Origin: an uncultured Nitrososphaerota archaeon
GTDB taxonomy: Archaea > Thermoproteota > Nitrososphaeria > Nitrososphaerales > Nitrosopumilaceae
Assembly (NCBI GenBank): GCA_963701075.1
Contig: OY969559.1
Span: 832,001 to 896,000 of the forward strand
Reading direction: 5' to 3'
DNA length: 64,000 nucleotides
A program made the position numbers and the translations under genes. Positions 19,993 through 29,337 of this stretch are shown here, piece by piece (the stretch's first letter is position 1; every line of letters starts with the position of its first letter). The notes under the pieces are model-generated. The model had not been told where the DNA came from and searched no databases. It saw only the letters and a list, made by a program, of their open reading frames with translations.

Positions 19993-21242
19993 CAAGCAAT
20001 GTAATCAACGCTAGAGTTACTTTTAGAAAGTCTCCAATACACATGCTTGAGAGATTTACATTTAGAAATATTGATTCTGCATACGAATCTTTCCTAAAAC
20101 ATTCTGGACTGCAGGAATGTGTGTTATTACAAACTTGCAATAGGGTGGAATTATTTGGGTTTGGCAGTCATGAAGATATTGAAAAGATAAAAAAGACATG
20201 GGCGTCTGTATCAGGCCTTGAAGAAAATGCCTTCAAAGAAAATTTGGAGATAAGTCAGGGAATTGAGGCATACCAACACCTTCTAAAACTTACCTCTGGA
20301 CTTGACTCGCTTGTTATTGGCGAAGAGCAGATTCTTGGACAGATAAAAGAGTCAATTAGTACAGCACGGGAGATTCGAGCATCAGGTAGTGCACTGAACA
20401 CCTTGTTTGACAAAGCAATCCGTGTGGGAACGCGAGTAAGGCACGCAACAGGAATCAGCAAGGGAAGCATCTCTATTGGTTCCATGGCAGTCAAGCTTGC
20501 TGAAGAAAACATCGATGACCTAAAATCCAAAAACATTCTTCTGATTGGTACGGGAGAAGCTGCAAGCCTTGTGGCAAAATCGCTCAAAAAACGTGGAATT
20601 AACTTTAATGTAACAAGTAGAACATTTGAACGCTCGAAATCTTTTGCAGAAACTGTGGGCGGAAACCCTCTCAAGTTTGAAGGAGCCATAGCAAATTTCA
20701 AGTCTGTTGACGTACTTTTTGTCGCAACCGTTGCTCCATACTTCTTGGTTACCCATGATAGAGTAAAGGAAGCAATGGAATCGCGCAAAAATGGCATGTT
20801 GATAATGGATCTCTCAAATCCAAGAACTGTTGACGAGAAGGTTGCTACAATAAAGAAGATAAAAATGATGAACCTTGATCAGATTGCAGAGATGGTGGAC
20901 AAGAACATGCGCACAAGAATGGGTGTAGTATCGTCAGCGGAGAAGATAATTAACGAGGAATTGCCAGTAATGGAAGCAGCAATGAAAAGAATCGAGGTAG
21001 AACCAATAGTAAAGAATGTCTTCAAGGAAATTGATCAGGCACGAGTCAAGGAACTCAAAAAAGCTTTGCAAATGCTTGGAGAAACAGATGAACAAAAAAT
21101 TAGAATTATTGACCAGCTCACGCAAGCTATAGTGGAAGACATCATCTCAGTCCCAATGAATAACCTCCGAAAGGCATCTGAGCAGGGAGATTCTGAAATT
21201 CTTAGAACTGTTACAAAACTCTTTGACTATAAGAAAGAGTAA
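19989..21242 (+). CDS. hemA: Glutamyl-tRNA reductase (probable CTG start at 19989)
   Basis: QTCNRVE, GEEQILGQ and IGTGEAA motifs; frame is open upstream of ATG 20043 back to CTG 19989. Confidence 0.93.
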   Translation: MTSNVINARVTFRKSPIHMLERFTFRNIDSAYESFLKHSGLQECVLLQTCNRVELFGFGSHEDIEKIKKTWASVSGLEENAFKENLEISQGIEAYQHLLKLTSGLDSLVIGEEQILGQIKESISTAREIRASGSALNTLFDKAIRVGTRVRHATGISKGSISIGSMAVKLAEENIDDLKSKNILLIGTGEAASLVAKSLKKRGINFNVTSRTFERSKSFAETVGGNPLKFEGAIANFKSVDVLFVATVAPYFLVTHDRVKEAMESRKNGMLIMDLSNPRTVDEKVATIKKIKMMNLDQIAEMVDKNMRTRMGVVSSAEKIINEELPVMEAAMKRIEVEPIVKNVFKEIDQARVKELKKALQMLGETDEQKIRIIDQLTQAIVEDIISVPMNNLRKASEQGDSEILRTVTKLFDYKKE

Positions 21243-21273
21243 ATTATATTGCTAGGAATTTGTGATTTTTGTA

Positions 21274-22254
21274 ATGTCTTATCCTAATGTACGGCTTCGC
21301 AGATTAAGAAAGACTAGCAAGATTCGAGAACTACTCGAAGAGGTACGACTTTCTCCAAAGGACTTGATCTGTCCAGTATTTGTGCAAGAAGATCTCAAGT
21401 CAAAACTACAGGGAGAGTCGATGCCAGGTTTTGAAAGGCTACCATTAAAAGATGTGGTAGAAGAGGCAAACTCTATTGCAGAATTGAAGATTCCAGCTAT
21501 TATGGTTTTTGGAATTCCATCACACAAAGATGACAAGGGAACATCCGCGTTTGCGTCAGATGGCATTGTACAAAAGACAATCTCTGAAATCAGAAAAAAT
21601 CTTGGCAACGAAATTGCAATAATGTCAGATGTCTGTCTATGCCAGTATACCAGCTCAGGACATTGTGGACTGGTAAAAGGTGATAAAATTGATAATGATT
21701 CTAGTCTTGATACTCTGGCAAAGGTAGCTGTGAGCCAAGCCCAGGCAGGTGCAGACGTTGTATCTCCGTCTGCCATGATGGACGGGCAAGTAAAGGCAAT
21801 AAGACATGCACTTGATGATGCCGGATTTTCAGATGTGGCAATAATGTCCCACTCTGCAAAACACAGGTCATCTCTTTATTCTCCGTTCAAAGACATGGCT
21901 CATTCTGCTCCGCAGTTTGGTGACAGAAAGACCTACCAATTACCATATACTAACCCAAAAGAAGCCATGCGGGAAGTCGAGGCCGACATTGCAGAAGGGG
22001 TAGATATCATCATGATAAAGCCTGCATTGGCATATCTTGACTTGATTGCAACGGCAAGGCAGAGGTTCAACATACCAATAGCGGCATACAGTGTGTCAGG
22101 GGAATATGCCTTGGTAAAAGCGGCTGCAATGCAGGGCTGGATAGATGAAAAAGAGGTCACACTAGAAATTCTGACTGCAATTAAGAGGGCAGGAGCAGAT
22201 ATGATAGTAACCTATTTCTCAAAGATTGCTGCAAAAGCTCTCGGCGAGAAATGA
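21274..22254 (+). CDS. hemB: Porphobilinogen synthase
   Basis: DVCLCQYTSSGHCG, SPSAMMDG, MIKPALAYLD and AYSVSGEY motifs. Confidence 0.96.
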   Translation: MSYPNVRLRRLRKTSKIRELLEEVRLSPKDLICPVFVQEDLKSKLQGESMPGFERLPLKDVVEEANSIAELKIPAIMVFGIPSHKDDKGTSAFASDGIVQKTISEIRKNLGNEIAIMSDVCLCQYTSSGHCGLVKGDKIDNDSSLDTLAKVAVSQAQAGADVVSPSAMMDGQVKAIRHALDDAGFSDVAIMSHSAKHRSSLYSPFKDMAHSAPQFGDRKTYQLPYTNPKEAMREVEADIAEGVDIIMIKPALAYLDLIATARQRFNIPIAAYSVSGEYALVKAAAMQGWIDEKEVTLEILTAIKRAGADMIVTYFSKIAAKALGEK

Positions 22255-22562
22255 GGGACGACGAAAGTTTTGAGATAGACCGGGCTTTTGACCTATTACC
22301 ACATGTTGTGGGTGCAAGCTGGGCTACTATATGGTTCAGAATAAACAGGATTAGAAGGCCAAGCATTGAAGAATTTAGAAACAAAGTTGCAGAATACTAT
22401 GTGATTCTGGATCCTCTAGTTGACATATACTCTAAAGATGAAAAGTTTGCAGACATGACAAGACACATCAAGATGCGAAACCAAAATGAAATCGAGCGAA
22501 TACTAAAAGGAAGAAATCAAGAAATAGAAAAGAGATTCAAAAGATACATCGATTATGGGTAG
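22251..22562 (+). CDS. Conserved hypothetical protein
   Basis: ATGA overlap with the hemB stop; 103 aa. Confidence 0.7.
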   Translation: MRDDESFEIDRAFDLLPHVVGASWATIWFRINRIRRPSIEEFRNKVAEYYVILDPLVDIYSKDEKFADMTRHIKMRNQNEIERILKGRNQEIEKRFKRYIDYG

Positions 22563-23191
22563 ATCTCTTCTCTGAGCACATCTAGAAACTGCTTCATTAT
22601 TTTGACTCTTTTTCGGGCTTCTAGTTTTGCACTATTTGTGTTCATTTTTTTCTCTAAGAGCAACAACTTTCTGTAAAAATGGTCCAAAGTCCATCTGGTA
22701 TCATCTGGATTGCGAGTCTTGCAAAAAGGGTCTTCATTGTTGTAAAACGGTCTTTTTTCAGCACCTCCAACAGAGAATGTCCTTGCAATACCGATTGCAC
22801 CTATTGCGTCAAGCCTGTCTGCATCCTGAAGTATTTTTCCTACAATTGTTTCTGGTACTGCACCTTTGGAGAAGCTATGGTCACGGATTGCATCTGTGAT
22901 TATTTTTATCTCTTCTCCTGTGTAACTGTACTTGGCTAGGATCTGTCTTGCCTTTGCTGCACTTTCTACAGACGAATTTTTGGATCTTGGGTCTGATTTT
23001 GGATAAGATACAATGTCATGCAAAAGGGCAGCTGCTAGCACAAGTCTTGGGTTTACCCGTTCTATCTTTGCAAGTCTTCTGGCATTATTGTAAACTCGCA
23101 TAATGTGCTCAAAATCATGGGCGGGATCGTTTTTTCCTACTTTTTTCCTTACTTGCCCTTTTAATTTTTCAATCGAGCTTGCCCTTTTCAT
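22553..23191 (-). CDS. HD-domain phosphohydrolase (YedJ-like)
   Basis: AHDFEHIMRV, LLHD and LQDADRLDAIGAIGIARTF motifs; start chosen at MKRASS. Confidence 0.88.
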   Translation of the reverse strand: MKRASSIEKLKGQVRKKVGKNDPAHDFEHIMRVYNNARRLAKIERVNPRLVLAAALLHDIVSYPKSDPRSKNSSVESAAKARQILAKYSYTGEEIKIITDAIRDHSFSKGAVPETIVGKILQDADRLDAIGAIGIARTFSVGGAEKRPFYNNEDPFCKTRNPDDTRWTLDHFYRKLLLLEKKMNTNSAKLEARKRVKIMKQFLDVLREEIYP

Positions 23192-23390
23192 TAAAACCAA
23201 ATCTACGTTGCTGTATATATGAACATAAACTGGTTTTACAAGCGATCTGAGTCGTATACGGCTGAAAATTTTAGAATTTGTCATAGTTATTTTTGTATTT
23301 CATAGAACAATCTACTGAAAGAATCCCCTTTTTGTAAAAAATGGATGAATCGTTCAATATGCTTATAAATAAAAATTGTATAATGATACT

Positions 23391-23513
23391 ATGAGCTCAA
23401 AAGCGTGGAAATGTTATAGATGCAATCTCATTTTTACTGATGCATCACACGCCGACTTGCATGTAGATCTATCAAAACATGCGGTCCGAGAGATAGATCT
23501 CGTAAAAGCCTAA
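23391..23513 (+). CDS. 40-aa C2H2-type zinc-finger microprotein
   Basis: MSSKAWKCYRCNLIFTDASHADLHVDLSKHAVREIDLVKA*; TTATAAA ~25 nt upstream. Confidence 0.75.
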   Translation: MSSKAWKCYRCNLIFTDASHADLHVDLSKHAVREIDLVKA

Positions 23514-23554
23514 GACTTCGATAATCTTATTGCCCAAGACTAGAGAGTACATCC

Positions 23555-24808
23555 ATGTCATACTCTAATATCTCAAAGATGAATTTTGAAGTATCTGAAG
23601 AGCAAAAAAATTTTCTCGAACAAGTAGACCAAGCCTGCAAGTCCATTAGAGATCATGAAACAAAATGCTATCTTGAGGAAAAATCAAATGACATGATAGT
23701 TCCAACGTTTGGGAAGATTGGAATGCTTGGATGTCCAATCTCAAAAAAATACGGTGGTCTAGGTTATGATATATTGACATATGTATTTGCACTTGAAAGG
23801 ATAGGGAGGGAAGGAAATTCATTACGTACATTTTTCTCTGCACATGTATCAATAGGCCAGATGGTTTTACAAAACTGGGGCAACGAGGAACAAAAAAAGC
23901 AGTATCTTCCTGACACTATATCAGGAAAGAGTATCATGGCGTTTGGGCTCACTGAACCTGATGCAGGCAGCGATCCTGGTGCAATGACTACAAAATTTGA
24001 GGAAAGCGGAGATAATTTTATTCTAAACGGCAAAAAACACTGGGTGGGAAATGGAACCATTGCAAAAGTAATGACTACATATGCGCGAGGACCAGATGGA
24101 AGAATTTCAGCGTTTATTGTGGATACTGACTCTAAAGGATTTCATGCGCAGGAAATGAAACACAAGATGGGCTTGCTGAGCATAAAAAATGCCAAGCTAA
24201 CATTTGAAAATTGTGTTGTTCCAAAAAAGAATCTTTTGGGAACAAAGGGAAAAGGACTAAGCATAGCTTACACTGCGCTGATAGATGGCAGGCTGAGTGT
24301 TGCTACAGGTGCTATAGGAGTGATGAAAGACTGTCTTGACGAATCCATCATATACTCTAAAAAAAGAGTACAACACGGTTCGGCGCTTGCCAAAAAGCAA
24401 CTAATCCAAGAGCATCTGTCATCGATGATACTAAATGTAGAAAGCTCACGATGGCTTGTTTATCGAGCTGCCATGGCAAGACAAAAACTTCATGAATATG
24501 TCGAGAACCTAAAGGAAAATGACCCAAATTGGCAGGAAAAACTAAACCGTGAAGACAAGGAATATTCTGCATTGCGGACAAAGGCAGATAGGCTTGCGGC
24601 AATAGCCAAACTGCATTCTACTAATGCTGCTTTTGACTCTGCAAATAGGGCAGTCCAGATCTTTGGCTCTTTTGCATACCAAAAGACAACTAGAGTAGCA
24701 AGGCACTTTTTAGACTCGCGAGCAATCATAATTTACGAGGGTGCAAACGAGGTGCTGAAACTAAAGATAGCCTCCCTTGAACTTGGTGACAAGTATCAGG
24801 CATACTAG
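23555..24808 (+). CDS. Acyl-CoA dehydrogenase
   Basis: FGLTEPDAGSD, LNGKKHWVGN and IYEGANEV motifs. Confidence 0.93.
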   Translation: MSYSNISKMNFEVSEEQKNFLEQVDQACKSIRDHETKCYLEEKSNDMIVPTFGKIGMLGCPISKKYGGLGYDILTYVFALERIGREGNSLRTFFSAHVSIGQMVLQNWGNEEQKKQYLPDTISGKSIMAFGLTEPDAGSDPGAMTTKFEESGDNFILNGKKHWVGNGTIAKVMTTYARGPDGRISAFIVDTDSKGFHAQEMKHKMGLLSIKNAKLTFENCVVPKKNLLGTKGKGLSIAYTALIDGRLSVATGAIGVMKDCLDESIIYSKKRVQHGSALAKKQLIQEHLSSMILNVESSRWLVYRAAMARQKLHEYVENLKENDPNWQEKLNREDKEYSALRTKADRLAAIAKLHSTNAAFDSANRAVQIFGSFAYQKTTRVARHFLDSRAIIIYEGANEVLKLKIASLELGDKYQAY

Positions 24809-24845
24809 ACAATTATGTTGCAAAAATGAGCTCTTGATAGCAAGG

Positions 24846-24898
24846 TCATGCCTAGAAAATGACCCGATAGGGTCAAAATCATGCCTAGAAAATGACCC
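24846..24898. repeat. 20-bp direct repeat TCATGCCTAGAAAATGACCC x2 (period 33)
   Basis: Identical copies at 24846-24865 and 24879-24898. Confidence 0.9.
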
Positions 24899-25027
24899 AT
24901 TTTTGAAAGATTGAGGCGTCAACAATTCCCTATTTACGGATAACGCAAGAAGCTAATTTCAGTACGATCCGATTCTATTTGTGTGCGTTTCCAGTGGAAA
25001 ATATGGATGATTAAAATGCGAAAAATC

Positions 25028-26266
25028 TCAGTCTCTTGACAAGACCTGATTCATTATGGACAGGCCTTGTTCTATCTGATCTTTTGTTATCACAAGGGGT
25101 GGTATTATTCTCAGGGATTTCTGGCCTGCACCAAGTGTGAGAAGGCCATTTCTGAACAATTTGGCCAACTTTTTCTCTCTGCGTGCTCTGGTGTCAAACT
25201 CTAGGCCAATCATGAGGCCCAGTCCTCTCACATCAATCACTCCTTTTTTGCCTACAAGTTCTTGCAATCCTTTTCTTAGCAGGTTGCCCATCTTGGTTGC
25301 ATTTTCTAACAACTTGTCACGTTTTATGACCTGAATAGTCCTTGTTCCTACAGCCATGTCTATTCTGCTGCCTCCTCCCCAAGTGCTAGAAAGAGCAGAC
25401 CTGTCTCTTGGTTCAAATCTCTTGTTGTATATTGTAGCTCCCACCTGCAAAGCCTTGGCTATGCTCATGATGTCAGGTGTTACTCCGTAATGCTCAAAGG
25501 CCCACCACTTGCCGGTATGGCCAATACCTGACTGTACTTCATCTAAAATCAGCGGCACACCATACAGCGTGGCGCACCTTCTCAAGTTTTTGATGAATTT
25601 TTTGCTTGCAACATAATATCCGCCCTCCCCTTGCACAACCTCGGTTAGAATGAATGCAATCTTGTTCTCTTTTAGCAAAGATTCCGCAGCATCAATTTCA
25701 GGATCATTGTCATTTGTACAGAACTTGATTCTCTTTACAGGAAACTCTGGAAAGTTGTACTTGTGAACTGGTCTGCTAGCTGTAAAGCTGAGTGCCCCAA
25801 GAGTCCTTCCATGAAATGCCCCAAAGCACGAGATTCCAGGAAGAGGGCCCATCTTTCTGTATGCAATCTTTATTGCATTCTCTACTGCTTCTGCACCACT
25901 GTTGATAAAAAATCCCTTAAAGTTTCTTGGTATTATGGTTGATATTGTCTCTGCAAGGTCTGCATGTTCTTTGGAGTAAAAGTCCTGGCCTGCAATCTTG
26001 TGAGTTCCATTTGTAGAGTATTCCGCAAGTACTTCCATGACATCTGGATGCGAATATCCTATGGGGCATGCGCCAATGTTGGAAGTAAAATCAAGAAATT
26101 TGTTGCCGTCTGGATCCTCTATGACACAGTCATGACCGTTTGCAATGACTAGAGGATACATGAAAGTAGAATCATACGCATATTTTTTCATTGTATTTAT
26201 GATGCGCCTTGAATTTGGTCCTGGTAGATTGTGGTTCATTGTACTGTTTTCCTTGGTGTTATTCAA
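25028..26266 (-). CDS. Class III PLP aminotransferase (GABA/acetylornithine type)
   Basis: NSGAEAVENA, FHGRT, EVVQGEGG, DEVQSG and SIAK motifs. Confidence 0.9.
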   Translation of the reverse strand: MNNTKENSTMNHNLPGPNSRRIINTMKKYAYDSTFMYPLVIANGHDCVIEDPDGNKFLDFTSNIGACPIGYSHPDVMEVLAEYSTNGTHKIAGQDFYSKEHADLAETISTIIPRNFKGFFINSGAEAVENAIKIAYRKMGPLPGISCFGAFHGRTLGALSFTASRPVHKYNFPEFPVKRIKFCTNDNDPEIDAAESLLKENKIAFILTEVVQGEGGYYVASKKFIKNLRRCATLYGVPLILDEVQSGIGHTGKWWAFEHYGVTPDIMSIAKALQVGATIYNKRFEPRDRSALSSTWGGGSRIDMAVGTRTIQVIKRDKLLENATKMGNLLRKGLQELVGKKGVIDVRGLGLMIGLEFDTRARREKKLAKLFRNGLLTLGAGQKSLRIIPPLVITKDQIEQGLSIMNQVLSRD

Positions 26267-26379
26267 TGGAAAAATTTTCTAATAAAGACTATCATAAGTA
26301 ACTATGGGTGAAAACCACAGAGGATTTGACGAGCCAAATCGCAAACAGAGGCAAAGAAGAGCAAAAAAAGCAAGGAAAG

Positions 26380-26479
26380 TGCAGAGGGAGGGATTTGAAC
26401 CCCCGAACCCCTAAGGGAAAGGATTTCCTATGCCATGATCTTGAGTCCTTCTCGGTTGGCCGGGCTTCGATACCTCTGC
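26380..26479 (-). tRNA. tRNA-Leu(CAA) with 15-nt intron (26425-26439)
   Basis: Acceptor GCAGAGG/CCTCTGC; anticodon stem AAGGA/TCCTT; CAA; long variable arm; TTCAAAT T-loop; intron at 37/38. Confidence 0.93.
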
Positions 26480-26552
26480 AACGAGAGATTTAAGCGCTGA
26501 ATATATAAACTGAAACTGCGGGTTTTCGAGTTTCAATAACTTGTCTTCTTTT

Positions 26553-26699
26553 TCAATTTACAAGTTTTTCTGATATTGCAGGCATTGTATAGAAAAATTC
26601 GTCCTCAAAAGCAAAGTCCTGCTTTCCCTGTTTTCTCAATGATTCGAAATATCTCATGCAATTTGAATAGAATGTGTTTGGTTGGTTCTCTTGTGACAT
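26553..26699 (-). CDS. Small hypothetical protein
   Basis: MSQENQPNTFYSNCMRYFESLRK...; 48 aa. Confidence 0.55.
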   Translation of the reverse strand: MSQENQPNTFYSNCMRYFESLRKQGKQDFAFEDEFFYTMPAISEKLVN

Positions 26700-26909
26700 G
26701 TGCAATATTGTTAAGGAAGGTGTTTCTTTTGATGTGTAAGAAATTTTAGACACCGTTATTGTCTTTTTTTAATTATCTTTGCTTGAGAAGGCCTTGTATG
26801 AATTCGAATGGTTAGAACTCAACTCTTGCAGGGTATTTGTCTGTAATCCAGTCTAGATGACATTTGCCGACTTGAATCTCTTTTTGGAGAGATAAATTTG
26901 ATAAATTTT

Positions 26910-27698
26910 CTAGGAAGCGGGTTGTTCAGAAGCGTCTTGGATTCCTAACCATGCGTATCCTTTTTGCTCCAGCTCGTCTGCAAGTTCTTTTGGACCTTCT
27001 TTTATCATCTTTCCCTGTGCCATGACATGTACATAATCAAGCTTGTCCAAGAACTTGAGAATTCTTGCATAGTGGGTAATCACTATCACAGTGGCGTCTT
27101 TTCTTGAGACCTGGCTTATTGCCTTTGCAACTGCTTGAACTGCATCAATATCCAATCCTGAATCAGGTTCATCTAGAATTGATATCTTTGGCTGCAATAC
27201 TGCCATCTGCAAAACTTCAGACCTTTTCTTTTCACCGCCGGAGAATCCCTCGTTGAGATATCTTGACAAGAAATCATGTCTGAGTCCTACCTGATCAAGA
27301 TTCTTTTTTAGATAATTTTGAAATTCTCTTACTGTCAAGAAGACTTCGCGGTTCTGGTCTCCAAGTGATTTGCTCAATGCATTGTAAGCGGTTCTTAGAA
27401 AATGTGAGTATCCGACACCTGCTACCTCTGTTGGGTATTGGAATGCCAAGAACAATCCTTTCTTTGCTCTTTCATCAGCAGACATGCCAAGGATGCTTTC
27501 TCCATCCAAGAGAATGTCGCCACTTGTCACCTCGTATTTTGGATGACCTAAAATTGTATAAGCTAGAGTGCTTTTTCCTGATCCGTTTGGACCCATTATT
27601 GCATGGACCTCGCCAGGACCTGTCTTGAGATTTACTCCTTTGAGGATCTCCTTGCCTTCTCTTCTAGCATGAAGATCTTTGATTTCAAGTACTGTCAT
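26910..27698 (-). CDS. sufC: Fe-S assembly ATPase SufC
   Basis: MGPNGSGKST, LNEGFSGGEKKR and LDEPDSGLDIDA motifs. Confidence 0.95.
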   Translation of the reverse strand: MTVLEIKDLHARREGKEILKGVNLKTGPGEVHAIMGPNGSGKSTLAYTILGHPKYEVTSGDILLDGESILGMSADERAKKGLFLAFQYPTEVAGVGYSHFLRTAYNALSKSLGDQNREVFLTVREFQNYLKKNLDQVGLRHDFLSRYLNEGFSGGEKKRSEVLQMAVLQPKISILDEPDSGLDIDAVQAVAKAISQVSRKDATVIVITHYARILKFLDKLDYVHVMAQGKMIKEGPKELADELEQKGYAWLGIQDASEQPAS

Positions 27699-27863
27699 CT
27701 TGTATCTACTAACTTGATTTCGATATATAATCCAACAAGAAATTAGATCAAGCTAATCCACCAGCAATCTGTCATGATTCTAGATTGTAATTCTATAGAT
27801 TTGTAACAACCAAGGTTTGTAAGAGTGCATGAGAAGATCGTTCTTTGGGGATGCAATTGGGTG

Positions 27864-28862
27864 CTATTCTAGATTGTCTAGAAATTCCCTTGTTTCAAAA
27901 AAGCCGGAGAGTTCCTTTGAGATTTGGTCTGAGAAGATGCCCAAAATCTCAAAATCTACAGGCGAGAATACTTTTTCACTGAACATGGCAAGCACAGCTA
28001 CCACCTCTCCTTTGTGAGTCAAGGGGTATCCTGCAAATGATCTGAGTTTTTCTTTTTTTGCCCATTCAGGATATTTTATTCTAGGATCGTGTACTATGTC
28101 ATTTGAAACAACTGGTTTTTTTGTTTGGGCAATATGGCCAATCTTCACAGAATCAAATGGAATTCTTGAAAATTCTCCATGTGTATTTTTATACTTGCCT
28201 GCGCTGTATTTTAGAACCAAAGATCTTGTTTTCTTATCTACAAACCAGATTCTTGCAAATTTTGCATCAAAATATTTTGTGAGACTTTCAACGATGGCTT
28301 GTAGGCGATCGTTTAGGTTGTCATGTTTTTTTATTGAATTTAAAACTGTATACACTTCAAGTTTTCTTTCATGAATGAGATGTTCATCATACAACACATA
28401 AGGTGATGATTTTATAGTTTTTGATTCATATGACCTAAAATCTACAATCAAATCTGAAAACCTATTTAGAAAATTATTAGTTTCAAGATCATATTGTTCC
28501 ACCGATGAAAAAACAAAATGGCATGACCAGTCAAAATCTCCACTAAGTCTTGCAGCATAAATGCAAAAAGGTGATTCATTTACGTAACTTGACAACCTCT
28601 CAATAGACTCTGACATATCTTTTGAAAACTTGAACTTGATGAGTATAGTCCGATTTATCTTCTCTGAGACCACAACGGGGTTCAAAATGACCGAATATCC
28701 AAGAACTATATTCTTTTTTTCAAGTCTTGACAAGCGTTGCCTGACTGCTCTGTCAGTAATAGTGACTCCAATCTCTTGAAGCGCCTTGGATATCTCCTGT
28801 GATGATATTCTGGCATTTCTTCCTAGGTGTGATAGTATTACCCTGTCAATCTCATCGAGCAT
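27864..28862 (-). CDS. Lrp/AsnC regulator fused to C-terminal GAF domain
   Basis: N-terminal LDEIDRVIL...NARISS HTH; C-terminal LRSFAGYPL...VLAMFS...F GAF signature. Confidence 0.85.
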   Translation of the reverse strand: MLDEIDRVILSHLGRNARISSQEISKALQEIGVTITDRAVRQRLSRLEKKNIVLGYSVILNPVVVSEKINRTILIKFKFSKDMSESIERLSSYVNESPFCIYAARLSGDFDWSCHFVFSSVEQYDLETNNFLNRFSDLIVDFRSYESKTIKSSPYVLYDEHLIHERKLEVYTVLNSIKKHDNLNDRLQAIVESLTKYFDAKFARIWFVDKKTRSLVLKYSAGKYKNTHGEFSRIPFDSVKIGHIAQTKKPVVSNDIVHDPRIKYPEWAKKEKLRSFAGYPLTHKGEVVAVLAMFSEKVFSPVDFEILGIFSDQISKELSGFFETREFLDNLE

Positions 28863-29027
28863 GTATGTATTGATGAATTGTTAGTATTATTGATTTCCGA
28901 ATCGGAAATTGTTTCAAATATTTTGTTACCTAATAGACAGTTATGCTTCCAAATTGGAATCTTTACTGCCAAAATCATTTCCGCTGACAATATCTTGTCT
29001 AGTGTTACACTATACAACAGGATATAG

Positions 29028-29291
29028 TTGAACAAAAAAACAATCAACAAATTTGCAATACTTGTCATTTTAATGATAGTGGTACCTGAAGTTATAGGGC
29101 ATACTCTCTTTGACAAGTCCCATTCTGCAGACTCTTCTGTAGCCGCAGACATATCGTTGACCAATGGCCTTCATGACAACACTGGGAAAAGTGGAATATG
29201 TCATCTGTATATCCAGAGTGACTCTTCTGGTTCCAATATAGCAAGAGCGGCAGGACTTGAGGGAAAGTATGGTAACTATACCTGTGTCTGA
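29028..29291 (+). CDS. Small exported hypothetical protein
   Basis: N-terminal hydrophobic helix; two Cys. Confidence 0.5.
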   Translation: MNKKTINKFAILVILMIVVPEVIGHTLFDKSHSADSSVAADISLTNGLHDNTGKSGICHLYIQSDSSGSNIARAAGLEGKYGNYTCV

Positions 29292-29337
29292 TCCATGAAT
29301 AGTCATATAGTAAAAGACAAAAACAAAAAGGAAGGGG

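Noticed and set aside
24846-24898. Mini-CRISPR array
   Set aside because: Only two 20-bp repeats with a 13-bp spacer and no cas genes
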